Of a DNA stretch of 52,108 nucleotides, positions 12,242 to 21,596 are shown piece after piece. The stretch covers positions 1 to 52,108 of the IMG/VR virus record IMGVR_UViG_3300034069_000182. One strand, given 5' to 3'. Within the stretch, counting starts at the first letter, position 1; every line of letters begins with the position of its first letter. Both the position numbers and the translations under genes were made by a program. The notes under the pieces are model-generated. The model saw only the letters and a list, made by a program, of their open reading frames with translations. It did no database searches and was not told the DNA's origin. The stretch is from a virus.

Positions 12242-13930
12242 GTGGCGGTCCATTACCCGGAGACGCTGCTCCCCGCCCCTAGCCACATCACCGGCCCGAC
12301 CTGGCGGCAGTACGAGGACGGCTCCTGGTTCCTGCCCGAGAAGACTCTCGGCTGGCAGGTAATCAGCTGGCTCTTCGAGTACGTCAACTCCCCCGCTGGC
12401 GACGGCCCGTTCGTCCCGACGCTGGAGCAGGCGCGATTCATCGCCTGGTGGTACGCGGTCGACGACCAAGGGAAGTACGCCTACCGCGAGGGCACGCTCC
12501 GCCGGATGAAGGGCTGGGGAAAGGACCCGATGATCGGCGCGCTCGCGCTCGCCGAACTCTGCGGACCAGTCGCCTTCTCGCACTTCGACGACAACGGTAA
12601 CCCGGTCGGCAAGACCCGGCACGCGGCGTGGATCACGATCGCCGCGGTCTCCCAGGACCAGACGAAGAACACGTTCTCGCTGTTCCCGATCATGGTCTCG
12701 AAGAAGCTGAAGACCGAGTACGGCTTGTCCGTCAACCGCTTCATCATCTATTCCGAGATCGGCGGCCGGCTAGAAGCCGCTACCGCGTCCCCCGCGTCGA
12801 TGGAGGGTAACCGCCCGACGTTCGTCGTCCAGAACGAAACGCAGTGGTGGGGCGTAGGCCCCGGCGGCGAGGTCAACGACGGCCACCAGATGGCCGAGGT
12901 CATCGAAGGCAACATGACCAAGGTCGACGGTGCCCGAACCTTGTCGATCTGCAACGCTCACCGGCCCGGCGACGACACCGTCGCGGAGATGTCTTACCTG
13001 AACTGGCTGGACATCCTGGCAGGTGACGCTATCGACACCGGCGTCCTCTACGACGCCTTGGAGGCCCCGGCTGATACGCCGGTCTCCGAGATCCCGTTCC
13101 CGTCCGACGACCCCGAGGGGTACGAGGCCGGAGTCGCCCAGCTCATGAAGGGCTTGGAGATCGCCCGCGGCGACTCGATCTGGCTCCCGCTCGACGACAT
13201 CTTGATGTCGGTCCTGACGGCGAAGAACGACGTCATCGAGTCCCGCCGAAAGTTCCTCAACCAGGTCAACGCCACCGAGGAATCATGGATCGCGCCGTCT
13301 GAGTGGGATCGCAACCACGACATCAACCTACCTCCGCTGAGGAAGGGCGAGCGGATCACGCTCGGGTTCGACGGCTCGCTGTCCAACGACCACACGGCGC
13401 TCACCGCGTGCCGGGTCGAGGACGGGGCGCTGTTCCTGGTGAAGGTCTGGGTGCCTGAGAAGTACGAGGGGCACAAGGTCCCGCGCCAGGACGTGGACGC
13501 GTACGTCCGGTCGATGTTCGAGAAGTACGACGTCGTCGGTATGCGAGCGGACGTCAAGGAGTTCGAGCAGTCGGTCGACGCCTGGGGTCAGGACTTCCGG
13601 CGCAAGCTGAAGATCAACGCCTCCCCCGGTAACCCGGTCGCCTTCGATATGCGCGGCCAGCAAAAGCGATTCGCGCTGGACTGCGAGCGGTTCCGCGACG
13701 CTGTTCTGGCGGGCGAGGTCAAACACGACAACAACCCGGTGCTCAAAGCGCACATCACCAACGCGCACCAGCACCCGACGATATACGACGCAATCAGCAT
13801 CAGGAAACCTGGCAAAGAATCCAAGCGCAAGATCGACGCCGCTGTGACGGCTGTCCTCGCTTGGGGCTCGCGCCAAGACTTCCTGCTCAGCAAGAGCAAC
13901 ACAGGAAAGGGGGCGGGTCTGCTGCGATGA
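12242..13930 (+). CDS. Terminase large subunit
   Basis: ORF track, 562 aa. GTG start after AGGAGG. Size and position directly before the portal gene. Confidence 0.8.
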   Translation: MAVHYPETLLPAPSHITGPTWRQYEDGSWFLPEKTLGWQVISWLFEYVNSPAGDGPFVPTLEQARFIAWWYAVDDQGKYAYREGTLRRMKGWGKDPMIGALALAELCGPVAFSHFDDNGNPVGKTRHAAWITIAAVSQDQTKNTFSLFPIMVSKKLKTEYGLSVNRFIIYSEIGGRLEAATASPASMEGNRPTFVVQNETQWWGVGPGGEVNDGHQMAEVIEGNMTKVDGARTLSICNAHRPGDDTVAEMSYLNWLDILAGDAIDTGVLYDALEAPADTPVSEIPFPSDDPEGYEAGVAQLMKGLEIARGDSIWLPLDDILMSVLTAKNDVIESRRKFLNQVNATEESWIAPSEWDRNHDINLPPLRKGERITLGFDGSLSNDHTALTACRVEDGALFLVKVWVPEKYEGHKVPRQDVDAYVRSMFEKYDVVGMRADVKEFEQSVDAWGQDFRRKLKINASPGNPVAFDMRGQQKRFALDCERFRDAVLAGEVKHDNNPVLKAHITNAHQHPTIYDAISIRKPGKESKRKIDAAVTAVLAWGSRQDFLLSKSNTGKGAGLLR

Positions 13931-15369
13931 CGACTTACCACGAGCACGTCGAGCGACTGCAAGGGCTCCTCGCACGGGACCTGCCGAACCTGCTGGAAGC
14001 CGAGGCCTACCGCAACGGGACGCGCCGGCTGAAGACGATCGGGATCGGCGCTCCACCGGAGCTGGCTTACCTGGACGTCCAGCCAGGCTGGGTCGCTACC
14101 TACCTCCGCACTCTGTCCGATCGCTTGGACATCGAGGGGTTCCGTATCTCGGAGGATTCCGAGGGGCTCGAAGAGCTCTGGAACTGGTGGCAGGCGAACG
14201 ACCTGGACGAAGAGTCGGTCCTCGGACACGACGACTCGCTAACGTTCGGCCGCGCGTACATCACGGTCAGCCACCCGGACGTCGAGTCCGGAGACCCCGC
14301 GGGTATCCCGCTGATCCGGGTCGAGTCTCCGCTGTATATGTACGCCGAGCTGGACCCGCGCAACACCCGCCGGGTCACCCGGGCTGTCCGTCTCTACACG
14401 ACGCGCGACGACGTCGCGGTCCCGGATCGAGCCACGCTGTACCTGCCTGACGAGACTGTCCCGCTCCGCCGCAACGGTGGGCTCAACGACCAGTGGGTTG
14501 TCGACGGCGAGGTCATCAAACACAACCTGGGCGTGGTCCCGGTCGTGCCGCTGACCAACGACCCGCGTCTGGGCAACCGATACGGCCGCTCGGAGATCTC
14601 TCCGGAGCTCCGCAAGGTCACCGACGCCGCGTCCCGCACGCTGATGAACCTGCAGTCGGCCTCCCAGATCCTGGGCACACCGCTCCGCGTCATCTCCGGT
14701 GTCACCACCGACGAGTTGACCAACGACGGCGAGAACACGACGCTCGACATCTACTACGGGCGCATCCTGACGCTCGCTTCTGAGGCCGCCAAGATCTCCG
14801 AGTTCAAGGCTGCCGAGCTGCGGAACTTCGCCGAGGAGATGGAGGTCTTCCGCAAAGAGGCCGCGTCTATCACCGGCTTGCCGCCTCAGTACCTGTCGTC
14901 CTCGTCGGAGAACCCCGCCTCGGCTGAGGCCATCATCGCTACCGACTCCCGGATCGTGAAGATGGCCGAGCGTAAAGGCCGGATCTTCGGCGGTGCCTGG
15001 GAGCGCGCGATGCGGATCGCGATGCAGATCATGGGCCGCGAGGTCACCGAGGAGTACACCCGGTTGGAGACAGTCTGGCGCGACCCGTCGACTCCGACGG
15101 TCGCTGCTAAGGCTGACGCCGTGTCGAAGCTGTACGCCAACGGTCAGGGTCCGATCCCGAAGGAGCAGGCCCGTATCGACCTCGGTTACACCGCTACTCA
15201 GCGCGAGCAGATGCGCGACTGGGACAAGCAGGAGACCGAGGACATGATCGACACCTTGTACTCCACGACGAAGGCCCAGGCTGACGCCACGCCTAAGCCG
15301 ACGGTCACCGAGACCAAGACGGAGACCCAAACGTCTCCCTCCGGATTTAACCGGACCAAGACCCGGTGA
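13927..15369 (+). CDS. Portal protein
   Basis: ORF 13861..15369 trimmed to the ATG at 13927, which is in an ATGA overlap with the terminase stop. 480 aa. Synteny. Confidence 0.8.
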   Translation: MTTYHEHVERLQGLLARDLPNLLEAEAYRNGTRRLKTIGIGAPPELAYLDVQPGWVATYLRTLSDRLDIEGFRISEDSEGLEELWNWWQANDLDEESVLGHDDSLTFGRAYITVSHPDVESGDPAGIPLIRVESPLYMYAELDPRNTRRVTRAVRLYTTRDDVAVPDRATLYLPDETVPLRRNGGLNDQWVVDGEVIKHNLGVVPVVPLTNDPRLGNRYGRSEISPELRKVTDAASRTLMNLQSASQILGTPLRVISGVTTDELTNDGENTTLDIYYGRILTLASEAAKISEFKAAELRNFAEEMEVFRKEAASITGLPPQYLSSSSENPASAEAIIATDSRIVKMAERKGRIFGGAWERAMRIAMQIMGREVTEEYTRLETVWRDPSTPTVAAKADAVSKLYANGQGPIPKEQARIDLGYTATQREQMRDWDKQETEDMIDTLYSTTKAQADATPKPTVTETKTETQTSPSGFNRTKTR

Positions 15370-16247
15370 ACCCGGAGGAGTACGCCGCAGCGCAGCTCCT
15401 CATCTCCGCCGCAGTAGTCCGCCACGTCAGGAACGTGGCCGGGTTCTTCGCTCAGCCCGCGCTGACGATGTTCGGCTGGCTGCGTCTGCTGGACCTGTTG
15501 TTCCCCGAGATCCAGCGCCGGCGCACCGAGTCATCGGTGCTGGCTCGGCGGTTCTACGACGCGCAGCGGGCTCAGTTCCATCCCGACCTGCCTCGTAACG
15601 ATCGACCTCTGGAGGGGACGACGTTCGAGAAGTTCGTCGAGAACATGGACCCGGCGCGTGAGCGGATGCAGCAGTCGGAGACGCGCGGCGACGCGCTGAC
15701 CCACTTGACGCTACGCGCGGTGCGCGAGGTGGAGAACGCAGGCCGCCAGCAGATCATCCACGCCGTTGAGAACGACCCGGAACCCCGCGTCTTGCGGGGC
15801 TGGGCTCGCGTCGCGACGGGCCGGGAGACCTGCGCTTGGTGCCTGATGCTGATCAGCCGCGGACCTACGTACGTCCGGGCCGAGACCGCTGGTCTCGACC
15901 TTGATACGGAACACGCTCTGGAGCTGTTCGAGAACAAAGACCTGGAGACCTACTTCGCTGACATCAGCGGAGAGATCAAGCAGTGGCACCCCGGGTGTGA
16001 CTGCAAGGTGATCCCCGTCTTCCGGAACGAGGACTGGTTCGGCAAAGAAGCTGCCGATCGCGCCCTCGACCTGTGGGGAGAAGCCACCAAGGAAGCCATC
16101 GCTCTAGAGGACGAAGGCCTCGTCCACAAGAGCGGGAAAAACAAAGGCCAGCCCTTTACTCGTAACGAGCTGGCTATCAACGCCCTTCGCCGTCGCCTGG
16201 AGCGCGGCGAGATCTCAGCACAGCAGTACGCAGCACTCGCTGCTTAG
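15366..16247 (+). CDS. MuF-like minor capsid / head morphogenesis protein
   Basis: ORF track, 293 aa. ETCAWC and HPGCDC motifs. Lies downstream of the portal gene. Confidence 0.7.
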   Translation: MNPEEYAAAQLLISAAVVRHVRNVAGFFAQPALTMFGWLRLLDLLFPEIQRRRTESSVLARRFYDAQRAQFHPDLPRNDRPLEGTTFEKFVENMDPARERMQQSETRGDALTHLTLRAVREVENAGRQQIIHAVENDPEPRVLRGWARVATGRETCAWCLMLISRGPTYVRAETAGLDLDTEHALELFENKDLETYFADISGEIKQWHPGCDCKVIPVFRNEDWFGKEAADRALDLWGEATKEAIALEDEGLVHKSGKNKGQPFTRNELAINALRRRLERGEISAQQYAALAA

Positions 16248-16305
16248 CCCGCCAACCCGACCGACCTGCCAGGAGCAGGAGTCACCCCACGCCCAGGAGG
16301 CACAG

Positions 16306-16818
16306 ATGACCGAACCCACCGACACCCCCTCGACGCCCGAACCCGTAGCTCCCGCTGCCCCGGCTCCGGCGGCTCCCGCTCCCAAGAGCGAGGACCTGCC
16401 TGACTGGGCTCGCGAGAAGCTCTCGAAGGCGAACACCGAGGCCGCGAACTACCGAGTTCAGCTCCGCACCGCGGAGACGCAACTGCAGGAGTACGCGGAG
16501 AAGCTCTCAGCTCTCGAAGCCCAGGCAGCCCAGGCGGCTACCTCCGCGTCCGAGAAGCAGCACGACTTCGACCGTCTGGTGACCGCGGTCCAGGCTCTCA
16601 CCCCCGATCCCACGCCGCTGTTCACGTTCGCGAACACGCTGCAGGGCGATTCGGAGGAAGCGCTCAAGACGCACGCCGAGAGCCTCAAGACCCTGTTCGG
16701 CCTCAAGAACGGCCCCGTGGCCGCTGTCGACCGCTCGCAAGGCCTCGGCACAGAAGCCCCGAGCAACGACCCTGCGGTGGCCTTCACCGCGCTCATGCAA
16801 ACCCAACTAGGCAAGTAA
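16306..16818 (+). CDS. Scaffolding protein
   Basis: ORF track, 170 aa. Ala/Glu/Pro-rich and helical. Lies directly upstream of the capsid gene. Confidence 0.7.
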   Translation: MTEPTDTPSTPEPVAPAAPAPAAPAPKSEDLPDWAREKLSKANTEAANYRVQLRTAETQLQEYAEKLSALEAQAAQAATSASEKQHDFDRLVTAVQALTPDPTPLFTFANTLQGDSEEALKTHAESLKTLFGLKNGPVAAVDRSQGLGTEAPSNDPAVAFTALMQTQLGK

Positions 16819-16828
16819 GGAGCCCCCT

Positions 16829-17833
16829 GTGGCAACTCTTGGAGAACTCGCTCCCGACACCGCGGGCAGCAACCACCAGGGCCGTCTGGCCCACGTCCCC
16901 TCCGACCTGCTCCCCAAGGAGATCGTCGGCCCCATCTTCGACAAGGCCCAGGAGAGCTCGCTCGTCCTGCGCATGGGTGAGATGATCCCGATCTCGTACG
17001 GTGAGACGATCATCCCCACGACCGTGAAGCGCCCCGAGGTGGGTCAGGTCGGCGTCGGTACGTCGAACGAGCAGCGAGAAGGCGGCGTCAAGCCGCTGTC
17101 CGGTACCGCGTGGGACACCCGCTCGGTTTCGCCGATCAAGCTGGCGACCATCGTCACCGTGTCGGAGGAGTTCGCTCGCATGAACCCCTCCGGCCTGTAC
17201 ACCAAGCTGCAGGGCGACCTGGCTTACGCCATCGGCCGCGGTATCGACCTCGCTGTGTTCCATGGCAAGTCTCCGCTGACCGGCTCGGCGCTCCAGGGCA
17301 TCGACACCGACAACGTGATCGCCAACACGACCAACGTTGACTACCTGCAGGAAGCTGGCGACCCGCTGCTGGACCGCCTGCTCGATGGCTACGACCTCGT
17401 TTCGGCCAACACCGACGTGGAGTTCAACGGCTGGGCCGTTGACCCGCGTTTCCGCGCTCACCTGCTCCGCGCGCAGGCTTACCGCGACGCTAACGGCAAC
17501 GTGGACCCGAGCCGCATCAACCTGGCCGCTCAGACCGGCGACGTCCTGGGCCTCCCGGCGCAGTTCGGCCGCGCTGTCGGCGGCGACCTGGGTGCCGCGA
17601 CCGACACCAAGACCCGCATCGTGGGCGGCGACTTCTCGCAGCTGAAGTTCGGCTTCGCCGATGAGATCCGCGTGAAGATGTCGGACACCGCCACCCTGAC
17701 TGACGCCAACGCGAAGAGCGTCTCGATGTGGCAGACCAACCAGATCGCGATCCTGATCGAGGTCACCTTCGGCTGGCTGCTCGGTGACAAGCAGGCGTTC
17801 GTCAAGTTCGTCGACGACACCGACCCCAACTGA
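16829..17833 (+). CDS. Major capsid protein
   Basis: ORF track, 334 aa. GTG start after AAGGAG. Synteny. Confidence 0.8.
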   Translation: MATLGELAPDTAGSNHQGRLAHVPSDLLPKEIVGPIFDKAQESSLVLRMGEMIPISYGETIIPTTVKRPEVGQVGVGTSNEQREGGVKPLSGTAWDTRSVSPIKLATIVTVSEEFARMNPSGLYTKLQGDLAYAIGRGIDLAVFHGKSPLTGSALQGIDTDNVIANTTNVDYLQEAGDPLLDRLLDGYDLVSANTDVEFNGWAVDPRFRAHLLRAQAYRDANGNVDPSRINLAAQTGDVLGLPAQFGRAVGGDLGAATDTKTRIVGGDFSQLKFGFADEIRVKMSDTATLTDANAKSVSMWQTNQIAILIEVTFGWLLGDKQAFVKFVDDTDPN

Positions 17834-17845
17834 TTCTGTCCCGAC

Positions 17846-17858
17846 CTTGATACGTAAC
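17846..17858 (+). promoter_or_regulatory. Stoperator 13-mer (variant)
   Basis: CTTGATACGTAAC, just after the capsid gene. Confidence 0.75.
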
Positions 17859-17886
17859 GGCGGGGCTCTCCCCGGAGGGTCCCGCC
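17859..17886 (+). terminator. GC-rich hairpin after the capsid gene (no T-tract)
   Basis: GGCGGG...CCCGCC outer stem with an inner CTCC/GGAG helix. Confidence 0.35.
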
Positions 17887-17911
17887 GCCGTGTCGCTACC
17901 TGGAGGTTTTC

Positions 17912-18148
17912 ATGACCCACCCCTACAACGGTGCGGTGGTCCGCGGATGGCTCGGCTCGCTCAGCGACTCCGAGATCGTGGCCAAGCTCACCGACCTGAC
18001 CGGGTTCGCCCCGGCTGCTATGGACGAGGACTACGAGCCGGCTGATGCTGCTGCTGCTGTCGCTGCTGACGACACCGTCCAAGAGGCTATCGCCAAGCTG
18101 GAGAAGCGCCTCGCTGATCTCGAGTCCACTGTCGAGGGCATGGCCTGA
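17912..18148 (+). CDS. Hypothetical protein, 78 aa (head-tail region)
   Basis: ORF track. SD is GGAGG. Confidence 0.6.
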   Translation: MTHPYNGAVVRGWLGSLSDSEIVAKLTDLTGFAPAAMDEDYEPADAAAAVAADDTVQEAIAKLEKRLADLESTVEGMA

Positions 18149-18597
18149 TGGCATACGCCGAGCCCAGCGACGTGGTCGCGCGGCTCGGGCGGCCGCTGAC
18201 CGATGACGAAGAGACCCAGGTCGAGACGTTCCTAGAGGACGCCGAGATCGAGATCCGTTCTCGTATCCCTGACCTGGACGACAAAGCCGAGGACGAGGAC
18301 TACCTCAAGCGGGTTATCAAGGTCGAGGCCTCCGCGGTCACGCGCCTGATCCGCAACCCCGACGGCTACATCGGTGAGACCGACGGCAACTACTCGTACC
18401 AGCTCAACTGGCGGCTGAACACCGGGGCGATAGAGATCACCGACAAAGAGTGGGCTCAGCTCGGGCTCTCCAAGAACGTCGGCGTGCTCAACGTCCGTCC
18501 GAAGACTCCGCTGGAGCGCTCGGGTGAATTCCCGGCGTTCGGCTCGGTCGAGTGGCAGGTGTTCCAGCAGAGCTCCCCGCTGTACTGGGGCTACTGA
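18148..18597 (+). CDS. Head-to-tail adaptor (gp6-like connector)
   Basis: ORF track, 149 aa. The N-terminal YAEPSDVVARLGRPLTDDEE..FLEDAE is typical of this family. ATGA overlap. Confidence 0.6.
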   Translation: MAYAEPSDVVARLGRPLTDDEETQVETFLEDAEIEIRSRIPDLDDKAEDEDYLKRVIKVEASAVTRLIRNPDGYIGETDGNYSYQLNWRLNTGAIEITDKEWAQLGLSKNVGVLNVRPKTPLERSGEFPAFGSVEWQVFQQSSPLYWGY

Positions 18598-18959
18598 TGA
18601 GCGGGCTTCTGGACGACGGGGCTAACTACGAGCCCGTAACGGTGTACCCCGAGGTGACCCGGAAGGACCGGCTGGGCAACACCCTGGTCGGTCCTTCCCC
18701 CACCGGAGTCGAGACAGTCGCTCGCTTCCAGATCCAGAACCAGTCGGGTACATCCTCCCGTCGGGCGGAGATGGACGACATAGGCGACATGACCGAGCAG
18801 GTCTACACGATGCGGCTCCCCCGGTCGTTCACGACCGAGTTGAAGTCCGGGTCCGAGGTTGTGTGGCGAGGTGAGCGCTGGGGTGTGTACGGCGACCCTC
18901 GTCGTTACAACGGCTCTCGCCGCACCGCCCGCCTCGAATACGTGGTTCGGAGGTTCTGA
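18597..18959 (+). CDS. Head-tail connector protein
   Basis: ORF 18552..18959 trimmed to the ATG at 18597 (ATGA overlap). 120 aa. Assigned by position. Confidence 0.55.
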   Translation: MSGLLDDGANYEPVTVYPEVTRKDRLGNTLVGPSPTGVETVARFQIQNQSGTSSRRAEMDDIGDMTEQVYTMRLPRSFTTELKSGSEVVWRGERWGVYGDPRRYNGSRRTARLEYVVRRF

Positions 18960-19354
18960 TGCCTTTGTACTACGGGCGATCCGGTCTGAACAAAGTCGTG
19001 GCGCACCTGCCCGGTGTGGTCCACGAGATGCGCTCCGAAGCTGACGAGGTCGCTGACCGGGCGAAGGCCAACCTGGCTGCCGCTCGTGCGAGCACGCAGT
19101 GGGAGAAGATCCACGGCCCGGACCACCTGACGAAGATCACTCGGACCAACGGTTCGGTGGATGCCTACGTCAACATGGAGGCCCCTAGCCCCGAGTCGAT
19201 CGAGTACGGCCACTACCCGTCCGGTGTCTTCGATCCGGAGAAGTACGGTCGCGTCACGAAGGCTCCGCAGGGGCTGTACATCCTCACCGGTGCCGCCGGG
19301 TTCGGCGGCCAGACCGCTATCTCCACCGGCGCTAAGCGCGGGAAGAGGGGGTAG
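18959..19354 (+). CDS. Head-tail connector / tail completion protein
   Basis: ORF track, 131 aa. ATGA overlap. Assigned by position. Confidence 0.5.
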   Translation: MPLYYGRSGLNKVVAHLPGVVHEMRSEADEVADRAKANLAAARASTQWEKIHGPDHLTKITRTNGSVDAYVNMEAPSPESIEYGHYPSGVFDPEKYGRVTKAPQGLYILTGAAGFGGQTAISTGAKRGKRG

Positions 19355-19357
19355 CGC

Positions 19358-19804
19358 ATGGCTGGCAAGCTTCCGATCGTCGGTGAGGTTCTCCTACCGA
19401 TTCTCCGCGGCCACGAGGACCTGTCCAATCCGATCAGCACTGTCCCGTCTCTGGCGGGTGTGCATGTCGGGACGTGGGTCGAGGACATCGACTCCCGCTC
19501 GTTCCCGCTGATCACCGTCCGTCGCGTAGGCGGTACCCGCAGCCCGGAGCATCCGACGCTGTTCACGCAGCCGGTGGTCGAGATGACCGCTTACTCAGCG
19601 GCTGACCTGCCCACTACCGAGCAGATGTACGAGGACGCCCTAGAGGTCTTGTACCGCGCTGCACGTCTCCAAACCAAAACGCCAGCCGGCTACCTGCATT
19701 CGGTGACCGAGACCCTGGGCGCGTCCCACGGCCCGTCACCGTTTGACCGGACCTGGCGCGTCTTCGGCCTGATCCGACTCGGCATCCGGCCCCCTAAGAA
19801 CTAA
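19358..19804 (+). CDS. Tail terminator-like protein
   Basis: ORF track, 148 aa. Lies directly upstream of the major tail subunit gene. Confidence 0.5.
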   Translation: MAGKLPIVGEVLLPILRGHEDLSNPISTVPSLAGVHVGTWVEDIDSRSFPLITVRRVGGTRSPEHPTLFTQPVVEMTAYSAADLPTTEQMYEDALEVLYRAARLQTKTPAGYLHSVTETLGASHGPSPFDRTWRVFGLIRLGIRPPKN

Positions 19805-19812
19805 GGAACCAA

Positions 19813-20664
19813 ATGGCACTGAAAGATGATGCCGTCCTCATTGCCGCGCGGGGGTACGTGTACACCGCTGCGGTCGGCACGGCGGCACCTACCCCTGCTC
19901 AGCTCAAGCTGATCGACCTGGAGCACCCCGAGGCGTGGGACCGCACCGGCTGGGAGCTCGTCGGGCACACCTCCGAGGATGATCTGCCCGAGTTCGGCTT
20001 CGACGGCGGCGACTCCGAGGTCCGCGGCTCGTGGCAGAAGAAGAAGCTGCGCGAGGTCGAGACCGAAGAGATCGCGGACTACGTGGTCATCAACCTGACC
20101 CAGTTCGACGAGTCGGCTCTGGAGCTGTACTTCGGTCCGAACCAGTCGGCTACCCCCGGCATCTTCGGCGTGAAGTCCGGCTCGGTCGTGAACGAGCGTG
20201 CGCTGCTGATCGTGATCGTCGACAACGACGTTCGCCTCGGCTTCCACGCCCGTAAGGCTTCGCTGAAGCGCGAGGACGCGATCTCGCTGGCGACCGACGA
20301 GTTCGGCGCTCTGCCGGTGCGCGCGACCTTCCTCGACTACCAGTCGTACAACCTGTACGAGTGGATCGAAGAGGACTGGTTCAACGCTGCTGACGCGCCG
20401 GTCGTGTACCTGCTCGATCTGGGCGGCGCTACCGGCGGTGACTACACCCTGTTGGTCGGCGGTAAGGCCACGGCTTCTATCGCTTACAACGACAACGCCG
20501 CCGCGATCAAGACCGCGATCGGTGCCGTCGATGACGGTGTCGCCGAGTCTGCGTGGACGGTCACGGCCGACGGCTCGGACTTCGAGATCACGGGTCCGCT
20601 GGCTGTTGCGCTGGGCGTTGACAGCACCACGGGCGGCTCCGGCGTAACCGTCGACGTCGCCTGA
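19813..20664 (+). CDS. Major tail subunit with a C-terminal extra domain
   Basis: ORF track, 283 aa. Synteny. The C-terminal ~80 aa resemble the repeat module of 24092..26149. Confidence 0.75.
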   Translation: MALKDDAVLIAARGYVYTAAVGTAAPTPAQLKLIDLEHPEAWDRTGWELVGHTSEDDLPEFGFDGGDSEVRGSWQKKKLREVETEEIADYVVINLTQFDESALELYFGPNQSATPGIFGVKSGSVVNERALLIVIVDNDVRLGFHARKASLKREDAISLATDEFGALPVRATFLDYQSYNLYEWIEEDWFNAADAPVVYLLDLGGATGGDYTLLVGGKATASIAYNDNAAAIKTAIGAVDDGVAESAWTVTADGSDFEITGPLAVALGVDSTTGGSGVTVDVA

Positions 20665-20670
20665 TTCGAA

Positions 20671-20683
20671 CTTGACACGTAAC
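20671..20683 (+). promoter_or_regulatory. Stoperator 13-mer (exact)
   Basis: CTTGACACGTAAC, just after the major tail gene. Confidence 0.85.
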
Positions 20684-20694
20684 CCGTGTCAAAC

Positions 20695-20737
20695 GGGGAG
20701 CCGCCTGCACACCTTGGCGGGCCTTGGGCGGCTCCCC
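20695..20737 (+). terminator. Strong hairpin after the major tail gene (no clear T-tract)
   Basis: 11-bp stem GGGGAGCCGCC / GGCGGCTCCCC with a 21-nt loop. Confidence 0.45.
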
Positions 20738-20785
20738 ACCTCCCGCTTTACCTAAGCCCGCCACCAATCGAAAGGCCTGCCACCT

Positions 20786-21163
20786 ATGAGCAAGATTCTG
20801 ACCCTCGACACCATCCGAGAGGAAGCCGACCGCGAGTACGGCGCGCCGGTTCAGGTGCAGATCTCCAAGGACACAACCGTGTCCCTCAAGAACGTGATGC
20901 GCCTCCGCAAAGACGTGCGCAAAGACATCCTTACGCGGCTCGAAGCCATCCGGACGATCAACGACAAAGCCGACGGCGACAAGACCGAGGCTGACGCCGA
21001 GAAGCTCACGGACGCAGTCTTCAAGATCCTCGAACTGGCTGCGGGACGCGACTCCGAGACCCTGATGGACGCCGTCGACGAGGACGTCGCCCTCGCCACC
21101 AAGATCCTCAACTACTGGCTGGAGGAGACGCAAGTGGGGGAAGCCTCCAGCTCGGAGGACTGA
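20786..21163 (+). CDS. Tail assembly chaperone (short form)
   Basis: ORF track, 125 aa. Lies between the major tail and tape measure genes. Confidence 0.75.
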   Translation: MSKILTLDTIREEADREYGAPVQVQISKDTTVSLKNVMRLRKDVRKDILTRLEAIRTINDKADGDKTEADAEKLTDAVFKILELAAGRDSETLMDAVDEDVALATKILNYWLEETQVGEASSSED

Positions 21164-21585
21164 TCGACGACTACGGCGACGCCTTGTACGCGGACTTCCG
21201 GGCTGAGTACCACATGAACCTCGCGGATCTGTTCGATCCCGCCTCCCGGCTCGGACCTATCCAGGTCCTGGCGCTTATCAAAGAGCTGCCCCGGGAGGGC
21301 AGGTTCTGGTCCGAGAAACAGGGCGGCCCGCAGTTCCGCGGCTGGGATGACCAGACGTACACCACCGCGGCGCTGGTCAACGAAATCCGAGCACTCAAGT
21401 TCATGTACCTACTGGCGAACACGTCGAAGGACAAGCGCCGCAGGCTGACCCCGCCCGAACCGTTCCCGGTTCCGCAGGTCAAAGCCCACAAGGCGAAGAA
21501 GTACAAACCCGGCTCGTTCGGAGCCGTCGCGGCCATGCGTATGGCTGCTTCCCGCAATCGGAAGGCCCAGGCAACGGGCAGATAG
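20786..21585 (+). CDS. Tail assembly chaperone, long form via a -1 programmed frameshift
   Basis: The frame of ORF 21184..21585 is -1 relative to 20786..21163 and is open back through 21121. The GGGGGAA run at 21136-21142 is the likely slip site. Confidence 0.65.
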
Positions 21586-21596
21586 TGAGGTAGCCC

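Noticed and set aside
15588-16166. Additional near-matches to the 13-mer inside the MuF-like gene (CCTGCCTCGTAAC ending at 15600; CTTTACTCGTAAC at 16154-16166)
   Set aside because: They have one to two mismatches in conserved positions and lie deep inside a coding region, so they could be chance. They are noted but not counted among the 31 sites.
16793-18154. 453-aa ORF on the minus strand opposite the capsid and connector genes
   Set aside because: Arg/Gly/Asp/Val-rich shadow ORF, typical of the antisense strand of high-G+C genes. It has no SD and overlaps well-supported + strand structural genes.
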